Shown here one piece after another: positions 59,830-64,000 of a stretch of 64,000 nt of DNA. The stretch lies in the NCBI RefSeq assembly GCF_963853765.1, contig NC_088858.1:35526001-35590000 (forward strand). The letters are read 5' to 3'. Both the position numbers and the translations under genes were made by a program. Numbering within the stretch: the stretch's first letter is position 1; every line of letters begins with the position of its first letter. The DNA comes from Magallana gigas (lineage: Eukaryota). Below the pieces are notes generated by a model that was not told the origin of the DNA, did no database searches, and worked only from the letters and a program-made list of their open reading frames with translations.

Positions 59830-60579
59830 ATTTAATTTAAACATATTTTATTGAGTAATCAAATGGATTAGGCAATAGGCAAAGCCTATATAAACCTTCT
59901 CCAAAATACAAAGTCAAGAAGTGGTGTTATAAAATAATCATAGAATATAGTGTATAGTATAATTTACCAGTTTACAGAGTGATATATTATTGATATTTTT
60001 TGTATACAAGACAAAGGATAATGGATAATAAATAATAAGCTTGACTTTTGTCAAATGATTATAAATTGTAAGTTAATTTGTTGTTTAGCATATACATGAA
60101 CACATTCATTCCTACATTTAGAAACCCATCACCTCATTTATTCATACCGACAGACAGACATAGAATATTGGTGTCATGATCCAGCCCATTTGAAAGAAAC
60201 AGTAATTAAAAAAAAACTAAGAAGTAAAAAAAAGTAAAAACGCTTAAAAGCTATAATATAACTGTGAACATAAGAAACGATTTTACAATTTAAGTTGTAT
60301 GAACTACCATAAAGAATATAGTTAATATGAAAAGGTACACTAATGTCATTAAATTGATTAAAAAGTTTAACTCTTTGTTGAATGTATCTTGGACACTCAA
60401 GAAAAAAATGTATATTACCTTCAGATTCAGACCAACAGTTTGTACATCGACTATCATCAATTAAAATATCCTTAAATAAATGAGCATTTAAATTGCTAGC
60501 TTTATTCCGTAATTGACATAAAATAATATTTTCTTTCCTATTGCCAAAGCTGTAGTGTTTGCAAGTTTTGGGTATATTT
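59830..60579 (-). mobile_element. 3' end of a CR1/L2-group LINE
   Basis: Peptide FGNRKENIILCQLRN...CTNC...E...HFFLECPRY, then a 3'UTR ending aataaaatatgtttaaa. It is continuous with 63043-64000 once the intervening element is removed. Confidence 0.75.
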
Positions 60580-63042
60580 ATACCCGCACTTTCTAAAGAA
60601 AGTTCGGATATATTGTTGTTACCCTGTTCCGTCCGCCTGTCACGTTTTACTTTCTCAAACTGCTCATACATCTTATAAACCAGCAAACTCAACTCTTGGA
60701 GTTTGATTTGGGGTATCATGTTGTTTTGTAAAAAGGTTTTAAAAATTCTCTGTCAAATAATTGGTAAAAAATGACGTTTTTTCACAGAAAACCTTCTTCC
60801 TCGAACTCCTCCTACATATTCAACAGTAGACAAATCATCTCTTGGAATATGTTTTAGGGTATCCTATAGATGCGCAATAAGGTTTCGGAATTTTCAATTT
60901 TGTCCTGGAGGTCATTTAATGGCTGAAAAATGACGTTTTTTACAAAAGACTGGTTTCAAAAACGTCATTTTTTTTGGCAGTAGCCAAATGATCTTCTAGA
61001 ATATGTTTGGGGGTGTCATATTGAGGTGTGATCAGGTACCAGATTTTTTTTTTATTAAGAGGATCAGTGGGCAACAAAAAATGACTTTTTTTGCAAAAAA
61101 AAGTATGGTTCCCAGAACTCCTCTTACAACTTTTGGAGTAGCTACGTCATCTCTTAGGATATAATTTGGGCTGTCCTATAGATGTGCAATAAGGTTTTAA
61201 AAAGTTAAATTTCATCCAGGAGTCAAATAGTAGCAGAAAATTGACGTTTATCACTGAAAAAACCATACATCCAAGAGCTCCTCTTATGATTTAATGGATA
61301 GACACATCATATTTGGGATATGATAGGGACTGTTCTATAGATGTGCAGTAAGGTTTTAAAAATTTAAATTTCATCCAGGGAGTCAAAAAGTAGTAGAAAA
61401 TTGACGTTTATCACTTAAAAAAAACATAGATCCTGGAACTCCTTTTATGATTTAATGGATAGAGACATCATATCTTGGGATATGATAGGAACTGTTCCAT
61501 AGATGTGCATTACAGTTTTGAAAAATGAAATTTAACCCTGAGGCCCATTACCTACATTACTTTTGATGCCCTTTAAGGATCAAGAATATATATGGTTAAG
61601 GGGTGAGGATCTCAACCTTTTTCGAGATATTCGTGCACTTCCTGTTCGAGGGGGGTCATTGACCACCCCCGGGGCCCATGACCTACATACCGTTTGATGC
61701 TCCTTGACACAAGAAACAAGAATATATATGGTTTAAGGGTGGGGATCTCAACTGTTTTGAAGATATTATGGGACTTGCTGTTTGAGGGGGTCAGGACCAC
61801 CCACAGGGCCCATGACCTACATAACATTTGATGTCCCTTGACATCAGAAATATGAATATATATGGTTTAGGGGTCATGATTATAACAGTTTCTTAGATAT
61901 ATGGTAACTTTTGCAATTAAAATGACAGAAACTTTACAAATGCGGTAGGATAGGTAACGATGATAAGCTTATTTAAGATGATGATACAGTATGCTGTCAA
62001 AGGGAGATCACATTTAGAAATTAAGTGAAAGTAGAACTTATGTATGCTGGCATCTCATTATATTGTGCTACTGCTACTACATGTATTATGCTTACCTATA
62101 TTGGTCAACATCATAAAGATAATCCAATTAAAACACAATAATGAGTTCCTTTAGCTGATCTTAACTAATCCTTTTCTGCATAACTGGCATTCTGGAAAAC
62201 ACATACATGTATGAATACACGTGAACCGGCCATCTAATCGAAGAGCTGGGTAAAACTAGTACCCGCTAATGAGAGTCACCTGCAGATCTGTGTTGTGTAC
62301 TTACTTGTAACTTCAGACAAAGATCAGTTATTTATAACATGCATGTATTTTTATGACCTATTCTTCAAATCCACTTGCACTATTTTATTAGGTAAATAAC
62401 AGCGTTAAGGTGGTGCAGGACACCTGCATTTTGTGATGTATACTTCCTATTGAGATAAACAATAAAGTATATTAAATATTAATTAAATATTTACCCCCCA
62501 AATAATGTTACCTAACATTGAAGCGCAGTGGGTTAGAGCGTTTACATGTCTGTAAGAGAATTGGGGTCCAAGGTGTATTTTTGGTAATTTTACTATTGAT
62601 ATAAATGAATTTTTATGGGGGGGGGGGGGGTGGACCCCTCACTCCCACCCCTTCTCTAAATCTGTGCACACGACGATGTACATGTAGGCACACAGAAGCA
62701 AATCTAAAACCGGCAACCGCCATGGGGAGGGGGCATAATTTAATTTTTAATTTTGTTTGTAAAAATCATATAGACCATTATACTTTCTATGACATGAAAT
62801 GTTAAGATTATTGATTAACTGAAAATTCACTGCAAACAGTTCAACCCCAAATTGCACATAAAGTGCTGCTCATATTATCATATGGGAAGGGATCTCATCC
62901 TTCAGTTATGAAAATTATAATTTTTAAATGTATTACCGGAGTTTGCATGTGGCCTTCATTTTTAAATAAACTGGTACAAAACAGTGTTATTTTAGGGGCA
63001 AACACTTGGTGCGGGTATTACTGTCTACCGACAGCATCTAGT
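60580..63042 (+). mobile_element. Composite 2.46-kb Helentron-type non-autonomous element carrying two tandem arrays
   Basis: 5' atacccgca...tccgtccgcctgtc (DINE-1-like start). 3' tgcgggtat + stem-loop ctgtctaccgacag + ctag. Contains a ~160-bp unit x5 (60750-61530) and a ~135-bp unit x3 (61540-61890). Inserted in a T run. Confidence 0.7.
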
Positions 63043-64000
63043 TTGTTTTTTGAGTTTTGACTTTTAAAAAAATAGACAAAGATGGTGAATGTTTTATTTC
63101 TGCATCAAGATTATTCCATAATTTCATTGTAGACGGAATAAAGCTATTGTAATAAGGAGTAGTTCGACATAGTGGCAGAGAGTAAAAATTGCCATTAGAC
63201 CAAAGATTATATGCATGTTCAGTTGGAAAGTATGGTTGAATTAAGTCTAACAAATACTGCGGTGCTAAAAACCATGAATTATTTTGTAGAAAAGAATAAG
63301 CTTATGTTTATCCCTTCGAGGTTGAAGGGTCTCCCAACCAAGTTCACTATATAAGATACTTTTAGAAGAGTTAACTCTCAACCCTGCTATTATTCTGGCT
63401 GCTTCTATTTGTACTTTTACAAACAATTCAGAGTTTTCTTTGGTACAGTTGCCCCACACAACATCCCCATATTCCAGTATAGGTCTGATAAAAGCCATAT
63501 ATATTTTAACCAGTGTTTCTCTATCAATTGTATGCTTGAGCAATCTCAATATATTCAACCTTTTGCATGCTTTTTCATAAATACCATTAATATGATTGGA
63601 CCAACCACCATCAAACTGTAGATGCAAGCCTAAGTGTACATGACTTTTTTTTTATTGTTTATGATTTCACCATTATATCCAAACAGAATTGCAGGATAGT
63701 TTATATTTTTTCTCGTAAAGTCAACATTTACAGTTTTATTTGCATTAAAATCTACAGCCCATGTGTTGGACCAATTTTTTATTATGTCAAGGTCATTAGA
63801 AATTGATAAAGTTTGTTGTAGAAACAATTTAATTATTGCACAGGTTATCACGTTCCGTTGTTCCTGAGAATTTCTATTTCACACATTATAATGTATCAAT
63901 TAATTCAACAATGGTCGAAAATTTAATATTCATATATGCATTTCTAAGTATGTTCTGTAACTTGGATGTTTCAAATATAACAGTGTTTTTACGTTTGCAA
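63043..64000 (-). mobile_element. Frameshifted RT C-terminal region of the same CR1/L2-group LINE, continuing beyond the window end
   Basis: DLDIIKNWSNTWAVDFNANKT; WSNHIN...KACKRLNILR; FIRPILEYGDVVW; LGWETLQPRR..HKLILFYKI; SFIPSTMKLWNNL. These are split across three frames. Confidence 0.85.

Noticed and set aside
60174-60719. 181-aa ORF as a standalone gene
   Set aside because: Chimeric artefact: the first ~45 codons come from the inserted Helentron-type element and the rest is LINE ORF2 tail.
60750-61890. CRISPR-like array
   Set aside because: The units are long, degenerate tandem repeats with no unique spacers, in a eukaryotic context with no cas genes.

Overview
AT-rich, intron-rich animal genomic DNA. 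A bivalve (oyster-like) source is inferred from the repeat types and the cGLR architecture; this is not proven. Four conserved spliced genes could be reconstructed by hand from GT/AG sites and reading-frame phase: SLC4A1AP/kanadaptin (-), MEA1 (-), MRPL48 (+) and WDPCP/fritz (-, 26 exons, two GC-AG introns). A two-exon BTB-BACK-Kelch gene (+) is also present. Accessory content includes an intronless cGAS-like receptor (Mab-21 NTase plus TPR-like tail), an uncharacterised ~540-aa ORF nested antisense in WDPCP intron 8, and an orphan Cys-rich membrane-protein exon. There are many mobile elements: Helentron-type non-autonomous elements with internal tandem arrays, MITEs, SINEs and LINE relics. 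The clearest structural result is a 1.05-kb TTAA-flanked piggyBac-like element inside a coding exon of kanadaptin; removing it restores the frame and the conserved C-terminus. No CRISPR array, rRNA or credible tRNA gene was seen. All coordinates were read by eye and may be off by a few bases for repeats.
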